NCBI RefSeq assembly: GCF_964213995.1
Contig: NC_135816.1
Location: 20,522,001 to 20,586,000, forward strand
Length of the DNA: 64,000 nucleotides
Direction of reading: 5' to 3'
Source of the DNA: Mustelus asterias
Lineage: Eukaryota
Below the pieces are notes generated by a model that was not told where the DNA came from, did not search any database, and was given only the letters and a program-made list of their open reading frames with translations. The position numbers and the translations under genes were made by a program. Below, piece after piece: positions 37,531 to 51,500 of the stretch. Position 1 is the first letter of the stretch. Each line of letters opens with the position of its first letter.

Positions 37531-38265
37531 CAAGTGTTCTCTGAACACTTTCTATATAAACAAAGAACCTCCATTTGGAATAACTTGAAGTTTGTATTTT
37601 AGGGTGGGAATAATATCAAAACTGGGACGATTAGCCTGTGAAGGTTGACACCTCCAAATTTGAAAATCTCACATTAATTATTTAAAGAGCACCTGATTTC
37701 AGTCAAGCCTGAATAAATTCTTAACTGTTTTGTAAGGAAATGTTGGAATGGTTATGATTTTGTTGAATTTCAACTTGAAAATGTTTATCCAAATAAAAAA
37801 ATCAACACCTCCTTCTGATGGAACTACCAGACAAAAAATGACATCGAAAAATCTGCTGCAGACTGCACGTAAACCTAAGTAGTAGATTCAATGTCCGATA
37901 TTAACTGAACATTAAAAAATTGAATCTTGTTCAAGTTTATCACTTGAATCGTGAAATAGGACTTGATGGTAAAGAATGCAAAATGATTCGGTCCAATGAA
38001 ATCCTGTAAAATTGAATTGAATAGTTCAGGGTTTAGTCCAACAGAACTCTACACAGACAATACGTGACTCGTTCGAATTCTATATGATGTGAGCTTGTGG
38101 GAAGAGGTTTGATCTTTTTATTCTTTATATTGGGAATATACTGGACGCTTTGCAGCATTGGGAAATTATGCAGCGAGGATAACTGTGAAAGTGTGACTAT
38201 TACATTTAAACTGTATACAGTGGATGTGAATCGAGTTGAATGGCTGTGAGTAAAAGCTGTTTGTG

Positions 38266-38592
38266 GGCAGCAAGGTGGCACAGTGGTTAGCACTGGTGCC
38301 TCACAACTCCAGGGAACCAGGTTCAAATCCCACCTTGGGTGACTGACTGTGTGGAGTTTGCACATTCTCCTCGTGTCTGCGTGGGTTTCCTTCAGGTGCT
38401 CCGGTTTTCTCCCACTGTCCAAAGATGTGCAGGTTAGGTGGATTGGCCATGGTAAGTTGCCCCTTAGTGTCAGGGGAGTTAGCGAGGTAAATATGTGGGG
38501 TTAAGGGGATGGGGCCTGGGTAGGATTGTTGTTAGTGCAGGCTTGATGGGCCAAATGACCTCTTCCTGCAGTGTAGGGATTCAATGATTCAG
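38266..38592 (+). mobile_element. HE1-like V-SINE
   Basis: Full head, V-domain and tail. Confidence 0.9.
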
Positions 38593-38737
38593 GAAATGGA
38601 TTTCTTTAATGGATATACTCACTGTAGAAATAATGCCAAACTTATATCAGATAACATATTTAACAGTGGATTAACAGCTGTGACTGTTGGATGTTGCTCT
38701 TTCATTATATATATATACGTGGCTGTTCAGCCCATTA

Positions 38738-39421
38738 CATAGAAATCATAGAAACCCTACAGTGCAGAAGGAGGCCATTCGGCCCATCGAGTCTGCACCG
38801 ACCACAATCCCACCCAGGCCCTACCCCCACATATTTACCCGCTAATCCCTCTAACCTACACATCCCAGGACTCTAAGGGACAGTTTTTAAACTGGCCAAT
38901 CAACCTAACCCGCACATCTTTGGACTGTGGGAGGAAACCGGAGCACCCGGAGGAAACCCACGCAGACACGAGGAGAATGTGCAAACTCCACACAGACAGT
39001 GACCCGAGCCGGGAATCGAACCCGGGACCCTGGAGCTGTGAAGCAGCAGTGCTAACCACTGTGCTACCGTGCCGCCCTACCACTGTGCTACCGTGCCGCC
39101 CTAGAATCCTAGAATCCTAGAATCCTGACTGTGTAGAAAGCGACCATTCAGCCCATCCAATCTGCAGTGACAACAATCCCACCCAGGCCCCATAACCCCT
39201 CATATTTGCCCTGATAATCTCCCTGATGCGAAGGGACAATTAAGCATCGCCAATCAACCTGTCCCGCACATCTTTGGGTGCAAACCGGAGCACCTGGAGG
39301 AAACCCACGTAGACTTGGGGAGGATGTGCAAACTCCGCACAGTTACCCAAGGCTGGAATTGAACCTGAGTCCCTGGCGCTGTGAGACAGCAGTGCTAACC
39401 ACTGTGCCACCATGCCGCCCC
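38738..39421 (-). mobile_element. Two tandem HE1-like V-SINEs; the first has a duplicated 5' end
   Basis: accactgtgctaccgtgccgccct occurs twice at ~39055-39102; second copy 39102-39421. Confidence 0.9.
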
Positions 39422-40429
39422 ATGCTTGCATCATTGGCTTTACAGTACAATACCGCTCATGACAGGAGGGGTGCTCACAATATTTGCCCAAGGGCTGTGA
39501 ACCCTCTGGAGTCAATGGGGCTGGTTTGTGTGATGGCCTGGGCTGCGTTCACAACTTTTTGTAGTTAGATCCTCTCTTCTGCTCTATCCATGAAATTATT
39601 TTCTCCAACTATTTATTCAATGCTCTTTTGAAAGTCATTGTTGAATCAGTGTGTTCCAGCCTATCAGACAGTGGCTGTCCAAATTCTAAACACTCAACAA
39701 ATTTTAATCAATTTTTGTCATCATGTCACTGCCCGAGAGTGTGGTGGAGGAGATTCAATTGGGGCATTCAAGAGATAATTGGATTATTATCTTAAAAGGA
39801 GGAGTGTGCAGGGTCATCGGGAGAAGGTGGTGATGACACTCATTTGGAGAGCTAACACTGACACAATGGGCTGAATGGGGTGTAACAATTCTGTGATTCC
39901 GGGTTCTTTATCCATCACTTTTATGATCTGTCCTCTTGTTATTGTTAGTGCTCCTTCAACCATTGGAAACAGTTACAAATTATTTACTTTGGCCAGAATT
40001 GTACCATCCCATTCGCCACGGGAATCGGAGCGGGTGAAGGGCGGATCATGGAAAAGTCCATTGACCTCGGGTGGAATTTTACGGTTTCGGGATGACCGAG
40101 ACCATAAAATCCCGCCCTTTATCTAAAACCTTCATGATTTGAAATGTTTCTATCAAATCTCTTCTTAACCTTCCCTCTTCTAAGAAACCATGCCAATATT
40201 TCTCTTCTGGGTCCTGTCTAAAGTAGTTATGTACTTCCTAAACTTCCTCAGAATTAGACACAATAGTTAGTCTGGACCTTGTCTTCCAGGTCCAAAGGGA
40301 GGCAGCTGTACCGCAACATGGCAGGTCAACAGTTGAAGCAGGGCAGGTCCAACTGGAGGGGCAGCAGTTTAACATTCTCTGAGGGAGGATCGAGGGAAAG
40401 CAATGGATTGACCAGGGCAATCATAGAGC

Positions 40430-40900
40430 AGTCCGTTTGCTAAACATTTACTGCTGATGCCACAGAGGGGGTCGAGGATTGTTGTAGTCCGTGGTGCATT
40501 GTACATGCCAAAGGGAAATGAATTGCCATGCGATGGCATGGAGGAGTTGCTAACCTCTTCAGAATGTGATGATGAAGGGAGGAGCATGAGAAAGGAGGCA
40601 AAAGATATTGCAGCACCAGTCCAACATGACAGGATCATGGAGAGACATGTCAAGGCTTCAGAAAAAACACATCTCTAATTGTTTTGCCCAGAAATTGAGC
40701 TCCTTCACGGCCATCAGTACTTTGCCTGCAAACCTTTGCTTGCTCTGAATGTGCTGCAACCCATGCCAGCCTACATCTGGATCCACCTTATTACCCATGT
40801 TCTCTACCTTCTAGAAGGTCCAGGGAAGTGGACCTTTGTCATCCGTGGTTAAAAGAAATGACTGCCCCCAAGGATACTGGCTTTGCTCTGGCAAATAAGT
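40430..40900. mobile_element. Possible PIF/Harbinger transposase relics
   Basis: Plus-strand PQRGSRIVVVRGALY followed by an acidic stretch resembles a Harbinger C-terminus; minus-strand VLMAVKELNFWA near 40685-40720 resembles an N-terminal motif. Confidence 0.35.
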
Positions 40901-41474
40901 CACCGAAACTATTACGAGCATCATTGTGCCCCTTGCTAACAGTGAGGGTGACATGGGTGCATGGGCAGCATATCACTTCTCACAGTTGTACGTACATATC
41001 TTCAGCCAATCTCCTTGGCATGTCATTGATGGGAAGGCAAGCAGGTTGCAATGCCCTGAGAATACAAATCAAGCCACACACACACACACATTACTATCCA
41101 ATAAAGACTGACCTCTAGCACACTGCCTGCCACAGGATTACCAACACAAGTCACCTTCAATCAGCAACGAGTGGCAAACATGAAGCATGACAGGAGTGCA
41201 ATATGCCGACTGAATGAGGATGTCCCAAAAAATGCACATTATCACGTGAACAATCTATAATATGGAATTTAGAAAAATGTGCATAGCTTTTACATTTTGC
41301 CTTTTTGCAGCCTGCCCGAACTTCAATGATGTCAACTGATAGCAGGGGAGAGCTCTGTCCCTGCTGCATTGTTGCATGGACCTGCCAGTTGCACTGACAA
41401 TTTGAATTGAAATTCTAAGCTTTACAGTTCCTGACAAGTGACCAGCTGCGGTGCCCAATACTGGCCCGACCACC

Positions 41475-41820
41475 AGGAAATCATCGAATCCCTACAGTGC
41501 AGAAGGAGGCCATTCGGCCCATTGAGTCTGCACCGACACTCCGACACAGTGGACGGAATTTTACTGCCTCGCCCTCCTCGGAATTGGGGTGGGCGAGGCT
41601 CGCAGAACGAAATTCTCCATTGGCTTCCGGTGGGATTTTATGAGCCTCGCCCGAGCAAGGTCGTAAAATCTCGCCCTAGTGTCTTACCCAGGCCCTCTCC
41701 CCCACCCTATCCCTGTAACCCCACACATTCACCGTGGCTAATCCATCTAACCTACACATCTGGGGACACTCAGGGGCAATTTAACATGGCCAATCCGCCT
41801 AACCTGCACATCTTTGGACT
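41475..41820 (-). mobile_element. V-SINE 3' half with a nested MITE (41550-41677)
   Basis: CR1-type tail and V-domain end; TIR ggacggaatttt..aaaatctcgccc. Confidence 0.8.
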
Positions 41821-42393
41821 TGATTAAATTCTGCCTTAAGCTTGGAATTCACTCACACGCACATTCCCCTCCCTCACTTTCACATCACAGTTGTACCTGT
41901 GATCTTTCTCACCAATTCAGAGCTTCTTCAATCTTCCACCCAATTATTTCAATTGTTTTTTTTGTGTGGGATGGTTATAATTTTCCCTTCAATTCGGTTC
42001 AGGGATCCCAAGAAGAATAGAGGTCGCTGTTTGATCTTCACTTAATATTACTGTTTTAGCGATCATAATATTTATTTTCCAACAAACCTTTTATTTCTAA
42101 TTGTTCATTTCCTCTCAAATTTGGTGCACCCTTTCATGCACTGAAATATTGTTCATGTTGCGTTGATAATTAAATTGGGCTATCATCCAATCAAGAAGAT
42201 GACAATTGAATGCTTTGATATTGATCTGAACTAAGACCTTTTATATCAAATGCATTGCTGAAATGTTTACCCTTGATATTCAACAAACAGCTGACTGAAT
42301 TGTTGTACTAAATGTGCCAATATACTCATTTTAACATTTGGTGTTAAGGTCATAGAAAAACATTGTGGTGGCAGAGAGTATGCCAAGCCAATA

Positions 42394-42713
42394 GGGCGGC
42401 ACAGTGGCACAGTGATTAGTACTGCTGCCTCACAGCGCCAGGGACCTGGGTTCGATTCCCGGCTCGGGTCACTACCTGTGTGGAGTTTGCACGTTCTCCC
42501 TGTGTCTGCGCGGGTTTCCTCCGGGTGCTCTGGTTTCCTCCCACAGTCCAAAGATGTGCAGGTTAGGTGGATTGGCCATGCTAAATTGCCCTTTCGTGTC
42601 AGGGGGCCTAGCTAGGTTAAATGCATGGGGTTATGTGGATAGGGCCTGGGTGGGATTGTCGGTGCAGACTCGATGGACTGAATGGCCGCCCTCCTCACTG
42701 TAGAACTCTATGA
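42394..42713 (+). mobile_element. HE1-like V-SINE
   Basis: Full element. Confidence 0.92.
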
Positions 42714-44054
42714 TAACAATGTGCTCTCTTCTGATGTGAGAGGATAAGGGTTCATTCATATCCACAGTTACTGTCTGTGATGTTCTTTATCTCACCTTTG
42801 GTCAGGTGCACAGAGGCATGGACAATCCCTGGCTCTGCAAAGCTGACCTTTAAAAATGGCCACCCGCAGTCATGATTTTTATTCTGGGGAAGGGTGGGCT
42901 GGATTGGCAGTTGGACCCTCTGTCCTTGGCACGAGTACGCAGGTTGCCGGGTGTGGAGATGGGCTGGGTGAAAGGTCTGCCTCTGCCCTCCAGCACTTTG
43001 TTGAATTAAATTAAAAAAGAGTTCAAAACAAAATCAGCCCTCACCTTACCCCCCTCCACATTGCACATTCCCCGTGCCCCATCTATACCAATCTATGCCA
43101 CCTCATGCCTCCACTCACTCCTGCACATATCCCCTCTGCCAATCCATTGCCTCTCGACCCATCCTCCATGCTCCCTCATGCCCCTTATGCAAACTCATCC
43201 CCCTTTATCCAACCTCCGTGGCCCCCATACCTCTTTGTCTCTCCACATCCCCGTGATCTTTTGCAACCCCGATACTAACTTAATGCCAACCCATGCCCCC
43301 CAACCACCACTTTTATGCCCATGCCCTCCAATTTTCAGACTACTTTTTGAGAGTTCTTTGGCAGCTTTGACAGCTCCAATGAATGTTGACATTTCCAATA
43401 GGTTTCAACAGTTCTTTGATAACTTCGCAATTCTTTGACGCCTTTGACATTTCCAATGAGTTTATCCACTTTTTACGCACAACCATGTTTACTTTTAACA
43501 ATCGCAAAGGGTGCGTCACCTTTCCCAAATAGTGTTTCTTTCCCCTAAGGATGTCTGACCTCTCCCAAAGGGCACCTTATCTCTTCCAAAGGTGTCCTGG
43601 AACCACAGTCAAAGTATTCTCTGAGTGAGCAAGAGAGGGACAGACATTGTTAGCAGAATATGAAATAGGTTGTAGCAGAGGCCTTCAGCTCAATGGCTGT
43701 GGAAATGCTTATTGTTTTGTATCAGATTTTGTATATTTTTCCTTTCCCATTCCATCTGGCATTTCCGGAACAAAAAAGGTATATGCTCGAGTAACATCTC
43801 TGCGGTGGAAGTTGCAGCTTTACAGAGCTTGAGGAGACCTGCGCCATTGGTCTCTGTATCATACCAAAATCTAAATGTTAGCAGCACAAATCTGCTGAAT
43901 TATGGCAAACCTCACAACCTGGAAACTGCTTTAACCAGTGGGCTAAACAATGTAAAAATACATAACAGTGAGTGTGAGAGCTGATAAAGAGTCCAGTTGT
44001 TAAGGGCTGCAAAGTTGAAAGGTTGAACCTGGATGAGAACTTCAGGTGGCACTT

Positions 44055-44695
44055 GGGGCGGCAAGGTGGCATAATGGTTAGCACTGCTGACTCACAGTCC
44101 CTGGGTTCGATTCCCGGCTTGGATCATTGTTTGTGTGGAGTTTGTACGTTCTCCCCGTGCCTGTGTGGGTTTCCTTCGGTTTCCTCCCACAGTCCAAAGA
44201 TGTGCAAGGTTAGGTGAATTGGCCTTGCTAAATTCTCTCTCAATGTACCCGAACAGAAGCTGGAGTGTGGCGACTAGGGGATTTTCACAGTAACTTAAGA
44301 AACCATAGAAACCCTCCAGTGCAAAAAGAGGCTATTTGGCCCATCGAGTCTGCACCGACCGCAATCCCACCCAGGCCCTACCCCCATATCCCGACATATT
44401 TACCCACTAGTCCCTCTAACCTACACATCTCAGGACACTAAGGGGCAATTTTAGCATGGCCAATCAACCTAACCCAACATCTTTGGACTGTGGGAGGAAA
44501 CCGGAGCACCCGGAGGAAACCCACGCAGATACGAGGAGAATGTGCAAACTCTACACAGACAGTGACCCAAGCCGGGAATCGAACCCAGGTCCCTGGAGCT
44601 GTGAAGCTGCAGTGCTTACCACTGTGCTACCGTGCTGCAAACTTCATTGCAGTGTTAATATAAGCCTACTTGTGACTAATAAATAAACTTAAAAC
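44055..44695 (+). mobile_element. V-SINE (tail 2) with an antisense HE1-like V-SINE nested at 44298-44637
   Basis: cacagtaactt|..|aacttcattgcagtg continuity around the nested copy. Confidence 0.9.
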
Positions 44696-44729
44696 AAAGG
44701 TGAGAGACCATCATGGAACCATTTTAAGA

Positions 44730-45605
44730 ATTTTTAAATATCAATTGTGGGATGTAGGCATCTCTGGCAAGGCCAGCATTTATTATCTCTCCTGAATTGG
44801 CCTTTGAGAATGTGTGGCGAGCCACCTCCATGAATGAAACCAAGCGGCTTGGTAAACCGATTTAAGGGAGTTGTTAAGAATAAATCCCACTGTTTTTAAT
44901 CTGGAGTCGCATTCAGGCCAGACCAGGTAAGAGCACTAGGTTCTCATTCCTAAAGGGATATTAATAAACCAGGTTTTTTTTTACAACAATCTGTTAGTTT
45001 CGTGGTCACTATTTCTTCGATTTGTTTCTTCGGTCAAATTTATTTAATTTTTAAATAAATCCCCAGCTGCCATGCTCAGTTTTGAATTCACGGACCATTG
45101 GCCCAGGCCTTTGCATTGTTAGTGGAGTAACATAACCATTCTATTTACAGGGAGATGGTGATGCAGTGGGCTCGTAATATAAAGATCCAAGTTAGCCCCG
45201 TGGGGCAGAGGTTCAAATCCCACCATGGCAGCTAATTAATGAAAACCAGTGATGGATGCAAAAACTAATCTCAGTAATGTGGTTCACTAAGGTTCCTTTG
45301 GAAAGGAAATCTGCCATCCTTAACTGGCTGACGTGACTCCTGACCCAAGGCAATGTGGCTGACTTTACCTGCTTCAAAGAGCAATTCCAGATGGGCAACA
45401 GATGCCAGTCTTGCCAGTGATGTGGAGATGCCGGCATTGGACTGGTGTGGGTACTGTAAGAAGTCTCACAACGCCAGGTTAAAGTCCAACAGGTTTATTG
45501 GGATGAGACCCTCACCTGATGAAGGAGCAGCTGGACTTTAACCCGGTGTTGTGAGACTTCTTTCTAGTCTTGCCTGTGACTCCCAAATCCCGTGAAAGAA
45601 TAAAT
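44730..45605. mobile_element. Two head-to-head family B SINE relics; the second carries a family-1 hammerhead element (45418-45565)
   Basis: Family B core on both strands; insert flanked by agtcttgcc(a/t)gtga duplication. Confidence 0.7.
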
Positions 45606-46426
45606 TTTTAAAGATGTAACTGGCCCACAACATGGATTTCTCACTTGTTAACCAGACCATACGGAAAAATCACCAGTCTCTGCAGTAGGGAAGGCATATA
45701 GAGATAAAGACTATGAAAACTATGTGGGAGCTGTGCTCCTTACCAAACACAAATCCTATAACATGGTTTTTTTTTAATGTATCAGCAGAATTATTCCCAG
45801 TTTTTTCTTTATTGAATTGCACCTTTCAATGGCTTTGACATAATTGTTTTGGTTTTTGTAACTTTAGGTTGCAATCAATCAAAGGTGACTGAAAATGCAG
45901 TTACTATCAGCATTTGTATTAGCAAGAGCTGGAGCAGTAATTGGAAAGGCCACTGAGATTGTAAAAAGTATAATAAACACAATTTCTGTTTTGAAAGCTT
46001 GCAATAAGGGAGGATCAGCGGTATTGATTAAACCATTATCTGATGTGACCATGTCTTGCATTCAATTAAAAGTTGTTCGTAGTAAATTTTTGAGGAGACA
46101 TGAGGGACTTGCGAGTATCTATAGTGTTACACACAAGAGCACTGAATGGCCCAAATGTTTACAACCTGCAGTTATCAGAGTACAGATCAAAAACTTGTTG
46201 GAGCTGCGATTTGGAGCTTCCGAAATGCAATAAAGATTTAGTCCAGTTTGAAGATTATCAGTTGAGATTTATTTAAATTATTTCATGGGATGTGCGCATC
46301 ATTGGCAAGGCCTTCCCCTAATTGCCCTTGAACTGAGTGGCTTGCCAGGCCTTTTCGGAGGGCAGTTAAGAATCAACTACATTGCTGTATGGTTTGGAGT
46401 CACATATAAGCCAAGACAGGTGAGGA

Positions 46427-46617
46427 TGGCACGGTGGTACAGTGGTTGGCACTGCTGCCTCACAGCACCAGGGACCTGGATACAATTCCGGACTCGGGTG
46501 ACTGTCTGTGTGGAGTTTGCACGTTCTCCCTGTGTCTGTGTCGGTTTCCTGCAGGTGCTCCGGTTTCCTCCCACAGTTCAAAGACGTGTGGGTTAGGATG
46601 ATTGGCCATGCTAAATA
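46427..46617 (+). mobile_element. V-SINE 5' half
   Basis: Head and V-domain, truncated at ccatgctaaat. Confidence 0.85.
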
Positions 46618-46793
46618 GTGGGGGTTTGGGCTGGCCAGTGGGGTGTTGGGGGTTTCGGGACATGTTCGTTGAGGCCAGCGATCGGGTTGTGGGGTATTCG
46701 GAGAGCCAGTGATGGAGGGTTCCGGGATTAGTCAGCAATTGAGCTGCCTGCGATCGGGGGGCCGGCAGCGCAGGGCTACGGCGCATGCGCCAA

Positions 46794-46892
46794 TCTCGCA
46801 GTAGATGTTTATTGTGATACTGGGAACCATCACCCTCATATTCGCAGTAACGTTAGGGAAGCAAGATGTTATAATTTTAATTGGATCAGTAG
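46794..46892 (-). repeat. 99-bp inverted copy of 47132-47230, flanked by a 25-bp direct duplication
   Basis: Direct sequence comparison; paired ORFs 46805(+) and 46896(-) share MFIV.LGTITL.FAVTLGKQDVIILIG. Confidence 0.95.
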
Positions 46893-47560
46893 GGGCTACG
46901 GCACATGCGCCAATCTCTGGCTACAACAGATCAGCATGCTCAGCGCTATGCTGCCGACCTCTCCAGCGGGAATTAGCCCACCCCCTGATTTACGCTGGTG
47001 CACTCTGCAGTACACAGAGTGTGGGAGATTCATTTTCAAAATCCCGCTGCAGAAAACAATGGGATTTACTCCAGTTTTTACGCGAATTCGGCACTTAGAA
47101 TATTTTTGGGACAGTCGCCCCCGCGAAATTGCTACTGGTCCAATTAAAATTATAACATCTTGCTTCCCTAATGTTACTGCAAATGTGAGGGTGATGGTTC
47201 CCAGTAACACAATGAACATCGACTGCGAGACTGACCTGAAGAGTTTGCAAGGTGTTCCACAAACGCTTTCCAGTGGAATATTTATGAAGTTTGGATGCCA
47301 CATTCTCCAAACGCCTCAGGCTCCATTGTGAACCATTCCTTTTGCCCCTCTCATGTTCTGTGACTATGGTGCCATATCCTCATTTTTTAAAATTGGCTGA
47401 AGGTATGCTTGCTAATTTTAATGAGCATGCAAGAAATGCAAATGCGTGCAAAAGGGCTTCCCACCAATTATTGTTGGAAAGCTTGATCCACTTTTACCAT
47501 TCCGAGAATTTCATTCCAAAAGCCCTTCCTGCCATTGGGATTCTGAATTTTGGTCTCACG

Positions 47561-47792
47561 TGCAATTAAGTTCCTATGATTGAGATTGGCCGATTGGAGT
47601 ATGAACTCCTTGATTAAGGATCCAATTGATGGGCCAATCAGGGAGTCTTTGCCTTGGACTTTACCGGGTGTGTCAGTTCCTCTGACACCCCCAGAGGTGG
47701 ATTGCTAACTACTGACACTCTGTGTACTGCTGTTAGAGTTGTAAATAGAAGGAGTTTTCTGAAGGGACTTCTGCCTCCGAAGACTTATTACA
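47561..47792 (+). mobile_element. Probable solo LTR
   Basis: TG..TTATTACA ends, dense CCAAT/ATTGG cluster at 47580-47640, polyA-like gtaaatag; no TSD found. Confidence 0.45.
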
Positions 47793-48805
47793 GTTCCCAT
47801 TTCTGTCTTTCGCCCCGCTCCCAGGAGCAGCGGAAGATTTTGCCCATTGACACAAATCTGATGTAATTTGACACTTAGAATTTTCGAGCTTTGGACCCTA
47901 ACAAACAGCACATCATACAATATATTGAGACTAACAGTGAGAGCATAAGATTACATTATTGCTGTTGTAATAAACCTTTAATGGATTGTAGCATCTCATC
48001 ACTAGAAGCAAATTGGATCGTATAATCCAATCTCATGGTGACTGCACAGAACAGCTTTGAGGACGTCAGCAGCAGAGTAGTGCGTGCTGTGTTCTGCTCA
48101 CAGGCCAAAGTGAAACTGAGACTGGCTCACATGACACACTTGGATTTGTTACGATCACACCAGACGTTATTTGCTGAACAAGACAAATCCCAGAAGGCAA
48201 CTTGTCTTGCTGATCATAACCATTTTTTTTTGTATTCTGAAAATGAGGAAAAAACTATTGATCTATGACTCTATGACTCTATCTCTGAAGCATTTAATTT
48301 CAGAAAAAAAAGATTTATTAACAGGAAGAAAACTTCAGCACAAACCCAATCGGTTAGAACACGGAAGTAAACAACTTCTTGGTAATGTTCCTCGATAGAT
48401 TTTTAACTCCAAAAATCCAGTAGTATTACCAAAGGAAGAACCGTTGTCACTATGATAAAGGTATGTTATTTGACTCGAGAACCCTTTCTACTCTGCTGTG
48501 GAAACCTAAGAAAAGTCAGACATAAGACTGCTTTCTGAAAACAAAATGTTTCTGGATGGCTGCTTTAGATTTTGCATCTTTTCTCAGCCCAGAGGTCCCA
48601 GGATCTCTTACCCACCCAGCCAGCATAACTCATCTCAACATCTCTGCTTAAATATCCTTTTACCCTTTCATCTTCAATTCTATTGTCCTCAGCACCTCTT
48701 TGAACTTAGTTACCAAATATATAAATACATTTTGTGCTTTCCTACTGTTTCTGCTTTTGGATCAAAAAAAATGTAATAAGCTTCCCTTGCATAGTTATGA
48801 AACAA

Positions 48806-49040
48806 CTGTTTGTGCGGAGTCTGCACGTTCTTCCTGTGTTTGTGTGGGTTTCCTCTGGATGCTCCAGTTTCCTCCCACAGTCTGAAAGACGTGTTGGTTA
48901 GGTGCATTGGCCATGCTAAATTCTCCCTCAGTGTACCCGAACAGGTGCCGAAGTGTGGCGACTTGGGGATTTCCACAGTAGCTTCATTGCAATGTCAATG
49001 TAAGCTGACTTGTGACACTGATAAATAAACTTAAACTAAA
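48806..49040 (+). mobile_element. V-SINE (tail 2), 5'-truncated
   Basis: V-domain and tail 2. Confidence 0.85.
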
Positions 49041-49082
49041 AAAAAATTTTTAGACTAACACAAGATTCGATCAAAATATTTA

Positions 49083-49435
49083 GGGGAAGCAATGGCCTTG
49101 TGGTATTATTGCCAGACTATTAATCCAGAAACTCAACTAATGTTCTGGGGACCCGGGTTCGAGTCCCACCATAGCAGATGGTGGAATTTGAATTCAGTAA
49201 AAAATATCTGGAATTAAGAATCTACTGGTGACCATGAAACCATGTCAGAAAAACCCATCTGGTTCATTAATATCCTTCAGGGAAGGAAATCTGCCATCCT
49301 TACCCGGTCTGGCCTATATGTGACTTCAGAGCCACAGCAATGTGGTTGACTCTCAAGTACCCGTGGGCAACTAGGGATGGGGCAATAAATGTTGACCAGC
49401 CAGTGATGTCCAGGTCCCATGAAGAATAGAAAAAT
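49083..49435 (+). mobile_element. SINE family B, near full length
   Basis: A-box-like tggccttgtgg, B-box gggttcgagtccc, tail gggcaactagggatggggcaataaatg. Confidence 0.85.
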
Positions 49436-49734
49436 AACATCCAACCTCACACCTTTGAGTGATGGCATGCTGTTATTCCCTAAATGCATATTACAACATT
49501 GTTAGCTTCTAGCTATATTCTAACTGTCTTTATCTCCTTTAGTGTGGAGACAAATGTCCTGCGAGCTTTTTTTATTACGAGGAGGTGGAGAACACTAGCA
49601 ACATTGTATTTATTGCGCAACAAAATACAGTTCAGTTCAGTTCATTTATTAGTGTCATAAGTAGGCTCACACGGGGAGAATGTGCAGACTCCGCACAGAC
49701 AGTGACCCAAGCCAGGAATTGAATACATGTCCTG

Positions 49735-51500
49735 AGGAGGTGGTGATGGGCCTTTTTAAGTCTCTGTCCACCTGATGGTTTTGGACAGGAAATTCCTGGA
49801 TGTTTGCACGTTGACAGTGTAAGACTGACAATGCATATCCGTGCCAGGGTGATATGAGACTTGGAGATCACAATTCTTGCATGACATTGCTGCTCATAAC
49901 CTTCTTGGTAGGGCTGGGAGACTTTGTTGAAGTAAGTATCGTGAATGTACTGCAGTGTCTTGTCGGTTCTATGTATTATAACCTCGGTGCACCAATGATG
50001 GAGAAAATGGATAGTAAAATGAACTGCAGGGGAAAGCATCAAATTGGTTTACCTTGGATGGTGCTGAGCTCTTTGAGCATTATTGTGCCTACACCCGTAT
50101 AGATGGATGGTAAATATTTCATATAAGTCCTGACTCCAGCCTTGAAAGTGGTGAAAAGATGTTACATGCTCAAGAAGTGAACTACTCATTGCAGATTCTG
50201 AAATGGGTTCTGAAACAGCTTCTCCGCTTAAGCTTCAGTGATAACCTCCAAGATGATGGAAGACTCAGCAATTGTGATCCCATTGAAGACCTGAGGGTGG
50301 CGGTTAGGCTTTTTCTTATTTAGCATGGTCATTGCCTGGCTTTTGTGTGGCTAGGCCCATCAATTGTCAGCTTAAGCCTGAAAATTGTCCCTATTTCTGT
50401 TTAAACTGACATTCTTTTAAGAGTAAGAAGCCTCACCACACCAGATTAAAGTCCAACAGGTTCACTTGGTATCACGAGCTTTTGGAGCGCCGCTCCTTCA
50501 TCAGGTGAGTGGACCCCGAGTTCTAGATGAAGGAGCAGCATTCTGAAAGCTCGTGATACCAAATAAACCTGTTGGACTTTAACCTGGTGTTGCGAAACTT
50601 CTTACTGTGCCACTCCAGTCCAACGCTGGTATCTCCACATCATGACTCTTTTAAGAAGTACCTCGATCTGCACCTTAAGTGCTGTAAGCTACTGGGCTAT
50701 GGGCCGGGTGCAAGTAGGTGGGGTTAGAAAGGGCACCTGGGTGTCCTAGGGCAGGCATGGACAAGATGGGCCAAATGGCCTCCTTCTGTGCTGTAACGTT
50801 TTCATGGGTTGCTCAGAGGAATTGTGAATGGAGCAGAACAAGAGTATCATCTGCAAACAGACCCGTCTCCAATGTTATAAAGAGGATGGTCGTTAACGAA
50901 CTAGCTGAAAGTGGCGAGGATATGGACACATTCCAAAGGGACTCCAGCAGCTTCTCAGAAATCGTGATGATTTGTCCTCTGAAAACCACAATCGCATTTC
51001 TATGTATCACATACAATTGCAGCAAATAAAGAGTTGCCTTTGACCTCCATTTTGCCAGCCTTCCTTGATGCTACATTTGGTCAAAATGCAAGCTTTGATG
51101 TCAAGGCAGCTTCCCCGCTCCACCCCTCTAGTGTTAAACTCTTTCATTCATACTTTGAATAAGGCTGCGACAAAGGACCTGGCATTTTGTGAACTGAATG
51201 TCGTTGGGCTGAGAGCAAGCTTCCTTAGTTACTGGGTGTCGCTTAATAGCATTATTGATGCCTTCCACCAGTAATTAGGAGGAGACCGTTAGAATGGTAA
51301 TTCTTGGGCTAGATTCATCCTTTATTTTATGTACTTGATTGCTCCTCATTTGTTTGCTTCAATATTTATTTCTCCTATAAGTATATGTTCACTTTTTATG
51401 CCAGCATTCTCCATCTTGAATAGATTTTCACTTAAGTTTTCACCCACTATGAAATATTAATGATGCAGTCGACAGGCTTGCTGGCATTCAGCCACCATTT
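49735..51500 (-). mobile_element. Old CR1/L2-class LINE fragment, same class as 59780-62935
   Basis: Reverse-complement similarity to parts of 62000-62900; heavily degenerate. Confidence 0.5.
50422..50645 (+). mobile_element. Fold-back hammerhead-bearing element (family 1)
   Basis: Inverted arms; minus-strand tcac-CTGATGA-a-ggagc-ggc-gctcc-aaaa-gctc-gtga; flanking duplication tcttttaaga(a)gta. Confidence 0.85.

Noticed and set aside
45895-46233. 112-aa ORF after a pyrimidine-rich acceptor
   Set aside because: No recognisable homology and no supporting neighbouring exons
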